From a virus (lineage: Duplodnaviria; Caudoviricetes), in the IMG/VR virus record IMGVR_UViG_3300032318_000209, positions 1 to 24,107 of that record: a stretch of 24,107 nucleotides of DNA. One strand, written 5' to 3'. The stretch's first letter is position 1. Every line of letters starts with the position of its first letter. A model generated the notes under the pieces. That model worked only from the letters and a program-made list of their open reading frames with translations. It was not told the origin of the DNA and made no database searches. The position numbers and the translations under genes were made by a program. Positions 16,497 to 24,107 of this stretch are shown one piece after another.

Positions 16497-18041
16497 ATGG
16501 CTGATGGATTTGTACCACCACAAGAAGTTCGCAACAACGCAAAACGCGGATTAGAACTTAGAAAAAAGCATGGTCGTGGTGGAACAGAAGTTGGTGTTGC
16601 TCGCGCTCGTGATTTGTCAAACGGAAAAGCACTATCGTTAGACACATTGAAAAGAATGAACTCATACTTCGCTCGTCATGCAGTAGATAAAGAGGGTGAA
16701 GGTTGGGGAAAAGATAGTGCAGGTTACATTGCTTGGTTGCTTTGGGGCGGAGACGCAGGACGAGCATGGGCTAAGAGAATTACCAGCGAACAGGAAAACA
16801 AGGAGAAATCAATGTCTAGCAATTTAACTACCTCATACTTCAACATTGAGAAGGCTGACCGCAATTCAGACGGAACGCTAACTGTTTATGGCAAGGCAAC
16901 AGATGACTCTGTTGATATTGACCAGCAAATCTGTGATGAGGCATGGTTAGCGAAAGCAATGCCAGACTGGTTCATGACTGGTGGTAATATCCGAGAACAA
17001 CACAGCAATATCGCTGCTGGTGTCGCAAAGGAATACGAAGCAAAAGCAGATGGTCATTACATCAGCGCATTGGTCGTTGACCCTGTTTCGGTCAAGAAAG
17101 TAGAAAATGGCGTACTACGCGGATTCAGTATCGGTATCAAGTCTCCGCGTGTTGTGCGTGACACAAAAGCAGCAAATGGTCGTATCATTGATGGACAGAT
17201 TGTTGAAATCAGCCTAGTTGATAGACCAGCCAACCCCAACTGCCAATTAGTTTTGGCTAAATCTATCAATGGTGAAAAATCATTAACGAAAGTCGAGGAA
17301 CTGATGGAAACTACCATAGAAAAAGAAGATACAACTGGTGCAGAAATGCCTATGAATGGCGAAGCCAAATCAATTCCTTCACAAGAAGATATGATGTCTC
17401 GCTACGCTGCTGCAAAAGAAGCACTAGATGAAGTTACTATGATGTGCAAAGAATACGGCTACGAACTACCTAGCGAAGAAAAACAATACGGCGAAACAGC
17501 CGAAGAAGAATCCGAAGAGGGTCCAGCAGGTAGCGGTGCCGAACACGAATTAGAAGAAACAAAAGAACTCGTTGATGAAGACAATATGGAAAAATCAACT
17601 GAGGAAGAAACGGAATCTGACAAGGCAAAGAAGTCAGAAGACGAAGAAGACGAAGAAGAAGAAAAAGAAGTTTCTGAAGATAAACCTTCAGAGAAATCCC
17701 TGCTCGCTGATATCAACATTACTGATATCGTTGAGAAAGCCGTAAAGAGTGCTATGAAATCGGTTGATGCCGAAGTCGCTAAGTTGAAATCTGCAAAAGA
17801 GGCAGTAGAGAACAAAGCAGCATCGCTTGAAACTGAATTAGCAACGGCAAAATCTCTCGCAATAGGTGGCGGTCCAAAGCGGACAACCATAGCGACAGGT
17901 GCAGCAACAACTAATGAGTGGAAAGCAAAGGCAGATTTGTATCTCGCTAAAGCATCTTCCACAACCGACCAGATTCTTGCAAAGGGATACCGCGAAATGG
18001 CAAAGGATTTCCTAGCCAAATCAGTATCACCAGCAGAATAA
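16497..18041 (+). CDS. Prohead protease (HK97 gp4/assemblin-like) fused to N-terminal WGGDAG domain and C-terminal scaffold
   Basis: IREQH, GFSIG and EISLVDRPANP protease motifs, then a long acidic/coiled-coil C-terminus. GAGGA RBS before ATG 16497. Confidence 0.85.
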   Translation: MADGFVPPQEVRNNAKRGLELRKKHGRGGTEVGVARARDLSNGKALSLDTLKRMNSYFARHAVDKEGEGWGKDSAGYIAWLLWGGDAGRAWAKRITSEQENKEKSMSSNLTTSYFNIEKADRNSDGTLTVYGKATDDSVDIDQQICDEAWLAKAMPDWFMTGGNIREQHSNIAAGVAKEYEAKADGHYISALVVDPVSVKKVENGVLRGFSIGIKSPRVVRDTKAANGRIIDGQIVEISLVDRPANPNCQLVLAKSINGEKSLTKVEELMETTIEKEDTTGAEMPMNGEAKSIPSQEDMMSRYAAAKEALDEVTMMCKEYGYELPSEEKQYGETAEEESEEGPAGSGAEHELEETKELVDEDNMEKSTEEETESDKAKKSEDEEDEEEEKEVSEDKPSEKSLLADINITDIVEKAVKSAMKSVDAEVAKLKSAKEAVENKAASLETELATAKSLAIGGGPKRTTIATGAATTNEWKAKADLYLAKASSTTDQILAKGYREMAKDFLAKSVSPAE

Positions 18042-18071
18042 ACCAACTCTTTACAGGAGAATAAAACTCAA

Positions 18072-19724
18072 ATGGAAAACTTGAAAGTTAAGGACTTGTT
18101 TGACGAGTCCAACCCAAGAGTTGCCGCAGAACGCCATGAGGAATATCTTAGTGAATTAAGCAAGTCGCTTTCTACACCAAAGTCATTCGTCAATGGTGAA
18201 ATGGCTCCAGATGCTACTTCACAGTTAGAGCAACTCGCTCTTAACAAGTCGCTAGCACCAGAGGCATTAGCATCTCTACAGAATGCTCTCGCTGCGCAAC
18301 GCGGAACAATGGGTGATATCAACAAGGAAATCACTCTAACAACACCACTTTCATCATCATTCGCTGCCTTCGACCTAGAAGCACCAGCAAAGATGCTGAC
18401 ACCTCGCCCAACACCACTTCGTAACAAGATTCCTCGTAAGAAGGGAATCGGTACATCTCGTCGTGTAAAGCGCATTACTGCTTACACAGGTACAGGTACT
18501 GGAGTAGGAAACCTATGGCCGGGAATCACTGAGACAACTCAGAACAACTTCGCTCCTGGTGGTTCAACACCATTCATGCTAGAGCGCGGTCCACAGATTT
18601 CGTACCAAGCAGATGACCTAGTCTTGCCGTACAACTCATACTCACTATCTGACCAAGTTTCATTCGATGCAAACTTCTCAGGTATGGGTTACCAAGACCT
18701 TCGTCAGTTGTCTTCAACATCAACACTTTACGCAACAATGTTGATGGAAGAACGCATGATGCTATACGCACGCGGAACAGCATCACCTTACTCAGGTGTT
18801 ATCGCTGCACCAACAGTTACTGCAACTGTTCGCGATAAGACAAGTTCAGAAACAAACATCACAACAATTTCAGGCGGAAAGATTTGGCTCTATGTAACTG
18901 CTAACGCAGGTTCATTCGGTGAATCAACTTCTGGTACTGTTGTTGAAGTAACAGTTGCTAACAACGCAAAGGTTGTAGATGTGAATGTAACAGTTCCTTC
19001 AACTGGCGCAATTGGTTACAACATTTATGTCGCAACAGGAGCAACAGACCCAGGTCGCGCTGCTGCGTTCTACGATGGCACAACTGCTACATCAGGAACT
19101 GCTGCATTTACAATTCAGGGCGTTCTTGCTACATCAGGCAATGTTCCACCTGCAACTAACACCTCTGCTTATGCAACAGGATATGACGGAATTATTCCTA
19201 CTGTCCTTGGTCCTAACTCAGGTTTCAACAACAACATCAACTCACTATTCAGCACAAGCAATCCGGGTGTTGAGTACCAAGATGTGTTCTACAATCTCTA
19301 CAACAATGTAAAGGCTGACCCAGACGAGATTCTTCTCAATGGTGCAGACCGTCGCCAGTTGTCAGATGCAATTAAGAATGGTTCAACAGCGAACTATCGT
19401 CTAAACCTCACACAAACTGAGGCTGGAGATTATGTTGGTGGTGCAACTATTGGTGCGCTTAACAACGAAATCACAGGAAAGATGGTTCCAATTACTGTTC
19501 ACCCATGGCTACAGCAGGGTGTATCACCAGTTCTTTCTTACACACTACCTATCCCAGATACTGAGGTATCTGATGTTTGGGCTGCTATCAATGTTCAGGA
19601 CTACATGGGTATTCAATGGCCAGTAGTTCAGTTCACTTATGACTTCTCAACATACTTCCGTGGAACATTCTTCTGCTACGCACCTGCGTGGAATGGAGCA
19701 GTTTCAGGAATCAAGGCTGACTAA
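18072..19724 (+). CDS. Major capsid protein (550 aa, with probable inserted Ig/FN3-like domain)
   Basis: Follows the protease/scaffold, has a strong AGGAG RBS and biased codons. DLEAPAKMLTPRPTPLRNKIPR..G.G and VHPWL motifs, with a central beta-rich insert (APTVTA...GYNIYV). Confidence 0.85.
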   Translation: MENLKVKDLFDESNPRVAAERHEEYLSELSKSLSTPKSFVNGEMAPDATSQLEQLALNKSLAPEALASLQNALAAQRGTMGDINKEITLTTPLSSSFAAFDLEAPAKMLTPRPTPLRNKIPRKKGIGTSRRVKRITAYTGTGTGVGNLWPGITETTQNNFAPGGSTPFMLERGPQISYQADDLVLPYNSYSLSDQVSFDANFSGMGYQDLRQLSSTSTLYATMLMEERMMLYARGTASPYSGVIAAPTVTATVRDKTSSETNITTISGGKIWLYVTANAGSFGESTSGTVVEVTVANNAKVVDVNVTVPSTGAIGYNIYVATGATDPGRAAAFYDGTTATSGTAAFTIQGVLATSGNVPPATNTSAYATGYDGIIPTVLGPNSGFNNNINSLFSTSNPGVEYQDVFYNLYNNVKADPDEILLNGADRRQLSDAIKNGSTANYRLNLTQTEAGDYVGGATIGALNNEITGKMVPITVHPWLQQGVSPVLSYTLPIPDTEVSDVWAAINVQDYMGIQWPVVQFTYDFSTYFRGTFFCYAPAWNGAVSGIKAD

Positions 19725-19822
19725 TGTGTCTTGAATGCGGTTGCAATCAGCCAACGCAAAGTCACGGTCGTGACGATGTTAGTACTGCTGTAATTGTGAC
19801 TCCCAACGAAACACCTGCATAA
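19724..19822 (+). CDS. 32-aa peptide with N-terminal CxxCGC metal-binding motif
   Basis: Not in the ORF track. MCLECGCNQPTQSHGRDDVSTAVIVTPNETPA, TAATG-coupled to the capsid stop. Confidence 0.6.
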   Translation: MCLECGCNQPTQSHGRDDVSTAVIVTPNETPA

Positions 19823-19835
19823 CTGAATAACCGAC

Positions 19836-19866
19836 AGAGGGGTGCGTCTTCATGGCGTACCCCTCT
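19836..19866 (+). terminator. GC-rich hairpin downstream of the capsid gene (terminator/attenuator without U tract)
   Basis: AGAGGGGTGCGTC-TTCAT-GGCGTACCCCTCT forms a 13-bp stem with two G-U pairs. Confidence 0.6.
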
Positions 19867-19892
19867 TAGGTCAGGCAACGGAAGGAAACCAA

Positions 19893-20174
19893 ATGCCTAA
19901 AGTAATTCCACCACAAGGATTAAAAGAAGTATCAGTAAGAACAGAGCGAGGCACAAAGATATACAAAGCGGATAGAAGCGGATTAATCAATGTTGATAAT
20001 CCAAAACACGCGAAACAAATGCAACATGAAGGTTTAGGAATAGCGAGTGCTGGGGGCATCGCTCACGCAGAAGGCTTTCCGTGTGCTCAATGCGGATTCG
20101 GTTCTTTTTTCAAGAAATGCTCTAGGTGCGGAACGATAAACGAACGCATAGAAATGGACGGGTCAAGTGGCTAA
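19893..20174 (+). CDS. Hypothetical protein with C-terminal zinc ribbon
   Basis: GGAAGGA RBS before ATG 19893. CAQC-x8-CSRC. Confidence 0.7.
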   Translation: MPKVIPPQGLKEVSVRTERGTKIYKADRSGLINVDNPKHAKQMQHEGLGIASAGGIAHAEGFPCAQCGFGSFFKKCSRCGTINERIEMDGSSG

Positions 20175-21063
20175 CGCAATCAATCCCACCACTCATAAGT
20201 TCTCAACACCCTATTTAACTATCGCAGAATACAAGAACGCACCTACATCTATAGATATTGATAATTTAGTATTTAACTCTAGCGACCCAGATGTTCAAGA
20301 CAGCGAATTAACAAATGTTATTGACCGCGCTTCATCATGGATTGATACTTACTGTAACCAGATTCTTGGTGCAACACATGAAACAGAAAGCCAACGCGCT
20401 CGTATCAGTAGCGATGGCTACATCAAATTTCACCCACGCTACAATCCAGTAATTGCTCTAACAGCATTACAATACGGCAACCCATCAACAGATTTAATTA
20501 CTGTTCAAGACTGCTCAGTTGCTTGGATTGAAGACCAGCAAATTCTATTTCCTTATGCGTATATGAGTTCACTCTTTACTTCACAAGGTCCACTACAGTT
20601 CGGCGCACCATACGCGAACGGCACACAGGTATATTTGAAATACACTTATGTAAATGGTTACGCGAACAGTCTTATCGCTACAGCAGTAGCCACTCAATCA
20701 ACATTAACTGTTACAAACGCAGTAGGTATTACTGCGGGGCTTGAAATGAAGATTTATGACGGAATGTATTCAGAGCGCGTAACAGTTGCTAGCACATATA
20801 CATTTGGCTCAAATACAATTCCATTAGAAGTGCCTTTGGTGTATAGTCATACCGCAGGAGTTTCAATCTCTGCGCTACCACCAGCAATTAAAGAGGCTGC
20901 TATCTTGGTTACTACCGCAATGCTAAAAGTTCGTGGAGATGCTTCTATGACTATGGGTATTGGAACTGCGCCTGTTACAGATTCAACTGGTGTCAATCAA
21001 AATATCACCAATGACATGAGCATGGCTATGGACTTATTGAAGCCTTATCGTAGGATTAGATAA
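20167..21063 (+). CDS. Head-tail connector/adaptor protein
   Basis: YLTIAEYK, IDRASSWIDTYC, Y.YVNGY, LPPAIKEAAILV and DLLKPYRR motifs. Located after the capsid. Confidence 0.78.
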   Translation: MANAINPTTHKFSTPYLTIAEYKNAPTSIDIDNLVFNSSDPDVQDSELTNVIDRASSWIDTYCNQILGATHETESQRARISSDGYIKFHPRYNPVIALTALQYGNPSTDLITVQDCSVAWIEDQQILFPYAYMSSLFTSQGPLQFGAPYANGTQVYLKYTYVNGYANSLIATAVATQSTLTVTNAVGITAGLEMKIYDGMYSERVTVASTYTFGSNTIPLEVPLVYSHTAGVSISALPPAIKEAAILVTTAMLKVRGDASMTMGIGTAPVTDSTGVNQNITNDMSMAMDLLKPYRRIR

Positions 21064-21572
21064 TGAGTCGCAAGGTAGTACGCGAGGCAGTTCAATCTTG
21101 GATAGCCAGCGCACAGATAAATACTTTGAATCAAACTTTCACCTCGTTTCCTAAGCGCATTGACTTTCAAACGAATTCATTTCCCGGACAGAATAGCCGA
21201 GCAGCAGCAGTAGTCTTCATTGAAAGTGAAGATGAGCAGCGTATCGCTATCGGTGGCGTAGGAAATATGCCTGTCGGTGAGGGATTCGGTATCAAAAGAG
21301 TTGATTACTCAATAGCCTTACAAATCTTTCATCACTCGTTACAGCGAAATGCACAAGACGCTATGGACGATTTCGACGAATTGATAGATGCTGTGAAGAC
21401 AAGACTTCGGCAAGGACAGCACACTTTAGGAGAAACAAACCCCAATCTAATTTGGCAAGCAGCCGAACCGAGCATTTCTGTTCAGTATGGCGAACCGCTT
21501 ACCAACGAGGGTGGCGCAACAGAGACTTGGTGCGCTATCCGATTTACTGTAACTGAAATGATAGAACAATAG
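21063..21572 (+). CDS. Putative tail terminator/completion protein
   Basis: Lies between connector and tail tube. VREAV..W, ESE.EQR and DELIDAVKTRLR...TLG pattern. Confidence 0.6.
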   Translation: MSRKVVREAVQSWIASAQINTLNQTFTSFPKRIDFQTNSFPGQNSRAAAVVFIESEDEQRIAIGGVGNMPVGEGFGIKRVDYSIALQIFHHSLQRNAQDAMDDFDELIDAVKTRLRQGQHTLGETNPNLIWQAAEPSISVQYGEPLTNEGGATETWCAIRFTVTEMIEQ

Positions 21573-21582
21573 GAGAATCCCA

Positions 21583-21801
21583 ATGGCTCGTTATACATAC
21601 AACGGCGAAGTAGATATGGTGTTTCCAACACTCAGTCTCGTCGCTAAGCAAGGCGATTCATTTGATGGTCCTGATGGGCTAACGGCTCCGGGATTATCAT
21701 TATCATCTGCTAAGACCGCACCTGCGGTTCCAACAGCACCAATCGCAAAAGAAGAAACCAATAAGCAGTCAGCCCCGTCTGACACAACCGCAGGAGCGTG
21801 A
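21583..21801 (+). CDS. Small hypothetical protein preceding the tail tube
   Basis: AGGAG RBS. 72 aa with a low-complexity Ala/Pro/Thr tail. Confidence 0.7.
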   Translation: MARYTYNGEVDMVFPTLSLVAKQGDSFDGPDGLTAPGLSLSSAKTAPAVPTAPIAKEETNKQSAPSDTTAGA

Positions 21802-21805
21802 TTAA

Positions 21806-22789
21806 ATGCCATCAGCACAACCTTCCGTACGCAGTTACCTCGGCGTCGCTAAAGAGGTAACACCAGCAACACCAGTAGATGCAACAGCATTCATTCCAGT
21901 CAGCAAAGACGCATTGAAGCCAGTTGATATTATTGCACCACTATTCGACACAGGGCTTCGCGGTTCTATGGCGGAAAACTACAATTACATTCAGGGTCGT
22001 CGTCATACAGAGATTGATGTTGCGGGTCCAGCATTCGCAGACACAGTCGGCTGGTGGCTTGGTTCTATCATGGGTTCAGTAGCAACTACTGGCTCATCAG
22101 CACCATATACCCATGTCATTTCATTGAAGAACGCTACATCAGGAGATGCTCAGCCAACTTCATTAACGCTTGAAGATTACTATGTATCAGGCAATCGTTA
22201 CTATCCGGGCTGCAAAGTAACTGATTTCAGTCTTACTTTTAACTCAGATGGAATGCTTGAATACACAACAAAGTTGATGGGCTATCCATCACAAACAACA
22301 GCAGCAGCAACCCCATCATTCAGCACAGTAGTTCCTACTCCTGTATGGCGCGGTACTGTATCAATCGGCGGAACAGCCATTGGTTACACAACTGCTGCAA
22401 GCGTTACAATGACTCGTAAGGCTGAGGCTATCTTCGGCATCAATTCATCACAAGGTCCTTATGAAATCTTCGTTGCTGCATTAGACGCAACAGGTAACAT
22501 GACATTTGTTATGGAAAATGATGATGTTCTAACTAACTTCCTCAGCAATACACAACCAGCATTGACTTGCACCTTCGCACAAGGTTCAGGAGCAAGTGCT
22601 ACATCAATTGCTTTCACTCTTACTAAGGGTGCTTACACTACTGCTGCTATTGACCGCACAGGAGACCATGTAAGCATTACAGTAGATATCGCAGCAATTG
22701 CTAACACCACAGACGCAGGTTCAACAGCAGGTTTTGCACCTATCAAGTGGACACTACAGAATGCTGTTGTTTCTGGTACTTACCAGTAA
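21806..22789 (+). CDS. Major tail tube protein
   Basis: YLGVAKEVTP.TP, YTH, PTSLTLE, YPGCKV..FSL motifs. Thr/Ala-rich beta protein upstream of the chaperones. Confidence 0.85.
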   Translation: MPSAQPSVRSYLGVAKEVTPATPVDATAFIPVSKDALKPVDIIAPLFDTGLRGSMAENYNYIQGRRHTEIDVAGPAFADTVGWWLGSIMGSVATTGSSAPYTHVISLKNATSGDAQPTSLTLEDYYVSGNRYYPGCKVTDFSLTFNSDGMLEYTTKLMGYPSQTTAAATPSFSTVVPTPVWRGTVSIGGTAIGYTTAASVTMTRKAEAIFGINSSQGPYEIFVAALDATGNMTFVMENDDVLTNFLSNTQPALTCTFAQGSGASATSIAFTLTKGAYTTAAIDRTGDHVSITVDIAAIANTTDAGSTAGFAPIKWTLQNAVVSGTYQ

Positions 22790-22804
22790 TCAATAGCGCA
22801 GTAC

Positions 22805-22870
22805 GGTAAGAGGGAGTTGTATCAGAGCGAGTGTGCCGCCTTCCCACACTTGCTCCGACTCCCTCTTACC
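22805..22870 (+). other. Long RNA stem-loop with anti-Shine-Dalgarno-like loop between tail tube and chaperone genes
   Basis: 22805-22835 pairs with 22845-22870 (26 bp, 5-nt bulge UAUCA, two G-U pairs). The loop is CCGCCUUCC. Confidence 0.8.
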
Positions 22871-22905
22871 CCTAAACTAGAGAAGGCAACTACGGAAGGA
22901 ATAAC

Positions 22906-23262
22906 ATGACAGAACCAAAGAAAGTTGATTTACCATCAGGTGGTTGGGCTACTTTCAAAGATGCTTCAACACTCAAAGTCAAAGACCGCAATAAGATTCT
23001 AAAAGCAGCAAGCAAAGAAGAAGGCTTGATGCAAGCACTCAACATTGTTGATGGTTTAATTGCGCTACTCGTTACTGATTGGTCATTTGAAGACCCAATC
23101 CCAGCAATCAAGATTACTTCGTTGCATGAATTGAGTATGCCTGATTACGACACATTGGCAGAAGTTGCTGGAGAAGCACAGAAGACTCTATTTCCTAAGT
23201 TAGCGAAAACAGAAGAAACTGAGGCTGATGAGGATAGCCCTTTCGGAAACTCCAACGATTAA
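22906..23262 (+). CDS. Tail assembly chaperone (gpG-like)
   Basis: Follows the tail tube. LPSGGWA.F and VTDWSF...P motifs, with a slippery heptamer near the 3' end. Confidence 0.82.
   Translation: MTEPKKVDLPSGGWATFKDASTLKVKDRNKILKAASKEEGLMQALNIVDGLIALLVTDWSFEDPIPAIKITSLHELSMPDYDTLAEVAGEAQKTLFPKLAKTEETEADEDSPFGNSND
23238..23244 (+). promoter_or_regulatory. Programmed -1 ribosomal frameshift site C CCT TTC
   Basis: X XXY YYZ heptamer in the correct phase, five codons before the gpG stop, opening a 71-codon -1 frame. Confidence 0.75.
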
Positions 23263-23459
23263 GATGGGTTCTTGAAGGCAGAGAAAGACATGAAGCATTC
23301 TCGTATCCTGATACAGAATACTTCTACTATATCGCTGCTGAAAAGTTCGGTTGGACAATTCAGGAAACTGATGACCAGCCAGCCCACTTAGTTGATTGGT
23401 TGATGTCTATTGCTGCTGTTGTTGATGAAGTGAGAGCCAAGAAAAATGATACCCAATAA
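23244..23459 (+). CDS. Tail assembly chaperone gpT-like extension (frameshift product, about 184 aa fusion from 22906)
   Basis: Not in the ORF track. RKLQRLRWVLEG...YIAAEKFGWTIQETDDQPAHLVDWL...NDTQ has no good start of its own, and GWT..E.D..P is typical of gpT segments. Confidence 0.75.
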   Translation, partial: RKLQRLRWVLEGRERHEAFSYPDTEYFYYIAAEKFGWTIQETDDQPAHLVDWLMSIAAVVDEVRAKKNDTQ

Positions 23460-23868
23460 TTTACGATTGGTTAAACAAGTCTGGACTAAGGAAACTAAGA
23501 GTCTAGATATCAAGGCTCGTCTCATGCGCGACGAAATGATGGCTGCTCTGATTCAATTATCAAAAGAGCAAATCAAAGGGAAGCGACCACAAATAAATGG
23601 TCGTTACACAAAAGCAATATCAGGTCTTCCGCCTATGAATCGCACAGGTGATTTGAGGCGTTCTATCACAGGCGAGAAGTTTAATGTCGGTTTCGCCAAC
23701 TATTCGGCTATTGTTGGACCTACAATTATCTATGGTCGCAGAGTTGAAATAGGTGGCGGAAACTGGCGTCCGGGAACAATGTTCCCTTACATGGCACCTG
23801 CTTATCAGAAGTTTAGAACGATGGTAGCACCTCAGATAACCAACAAGTATTTTAGGAGATTCAAATGA
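23446..23868 (+). CDS. HK97 gp10-like neck/tail-component protein
   Basis: PPMNRTGDLRRSI, AIVGPTIIYGRRVEIG and FPYMAPA motifs. Confidence 0.75.
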   Translation: MIPNNLRLVKQVWTKETKSLDIKARLMRDEMMAALIQLSKEQIKGKRPQINGRYTKAISGLPPMNRTGDLRRSITGEKFNVGFANYSAIVGPTIIYGRRVEIGGGNWRPGTMFPYMAPAYQKFRTMVAPQITNKYFRRFK

Positions 23869-24107
23869 ATGGTTTTTTACCGCCAGTAATCTTCGAAATA
23901 CAAGCCAATGCTGCTGGTGCTATCGCTCAATTTAGAAATGTCAATAAAGAACTTTCTATTATGGAAGCGAAGGCTCTAAAAGCAGGTAAAGCACTTACTG
24001 GTTTTCAGAAAGCAGCCGTAGTAGGAACTAAAGCATTGAAGGTTATGGGTTTAGCGTTTGCTGCGTTTGCTGCTTATGGTGTAAAAGAAGTCATTGTTCT
24101 TGAAAAA
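23865..24107 (+). CDS. Tape measure protein, N-terminus (runs off the window)
   Basis: Not in the ORF track. AGGAG RBS and ATGA overlap. MNGFLPPVIFEIQANAAGAIAQF...AFAAFAAYGVK is Ala/Gly/Lys-rich and helical, open to the window end. Confidence 0.8.
   Translation, partial: MNGFLPPVIFEIQANAAGAIAQFRNVNKELSIMEAKALKAGKALTGFQKAAVVGTKALKVMGLAFAAFAAYGVKEVIVLEK

Larger units (their letters stand above)
1..24107 (+). mobile_element. Tailed dsDNA bacteriophage (siphovirus-like) genome segment: replication/recombination module followed by packaging, head and tail modules
   Basis: Ordered terminase, portal, protease, capsid, tail tube, chaperone and tape measure genes, plus Bet, RusA, SSB and HNH. Single-strand coding with dense overlaps. 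No host housekeeping genes or integrase are seen, so prophage versus lytic virus cannot be decided. Confidence 0.97.

Noticed and set aside
17470-17695. GAA-rich low-complexity stretch as a repeat array
   Set aside because: It is explained by Glu/Lys/Asp codons of the acidic scaffold region and has no fixed repeat unit.
1523-19626. Alternative-frame + strand ORFs nested in genes (1523, 8047, 8374, 10811, 12600, 14353, 19012, 19432)
   Set aside because: They lie fully inside motif-bearing genes, with atypical composition and no evident RBS.
22790-22905. Intergenic hairpins as tRNA or Rho-independent U-tract terminators
   Set aside because: There is no cloverleaf or T-loop consensus, and no poly-U follows the stems on the + strand.
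657-23111. Minus-strand ORFs in the track (e.g. 9866-10369, 10593-11111, 17459-18046, 18068-18475)
   Set aside because: All are antisense shadows of well-supported + strand genes, with no recognisable motifs.

Overview
This window is a 24-kb piece of a siphovirus-type tailed phage genome. All credible genes are on the + strand and tightly packed, many joined by ATGA/TAATG overlaps. The host is probably a low-GC freshwater-type actinobacterium, inferred from the SSB, Bet, initiator and transglycosylase types. The left part (1-7289) is a recombination/replication module: HTH, Bet annealase, Cas4-like exonuclease, a replication initiator carrying an internal iteron/(CCCAA)7 origin-like element, lytic transglycosylase, RusA, HNH, SSB and a second HTH. 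After a putative promoter and long hairpin (7290-7386), a translationally coupled late operon begins with a candidate DNA hypermodification cassette: a ParB/Srx-domain protein, a TET/JBP-family 2OG-Fe(II) dioxygenase and a TET-associated GT-A glycosyltransferase, with no methyltransferase in the window. A 21-aa membrane peptide links this cassette to the small and large terminase. Next come a fibre cassette, portal, MuF-like protein, protease-scaffold, major capsid, connector, tail terminator, tail tube, tail assembly chaperones with a -1 frameshift, an HK97 gp10-like gene and the start of the tape measure. Three intergenic RNA hairpins carry CUUC/anti-SD-like loops, and GATC, AGCT, GGCC and CCWGG appear strongly avoided. 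All calls come from motif recognition by eye; no database search was run.
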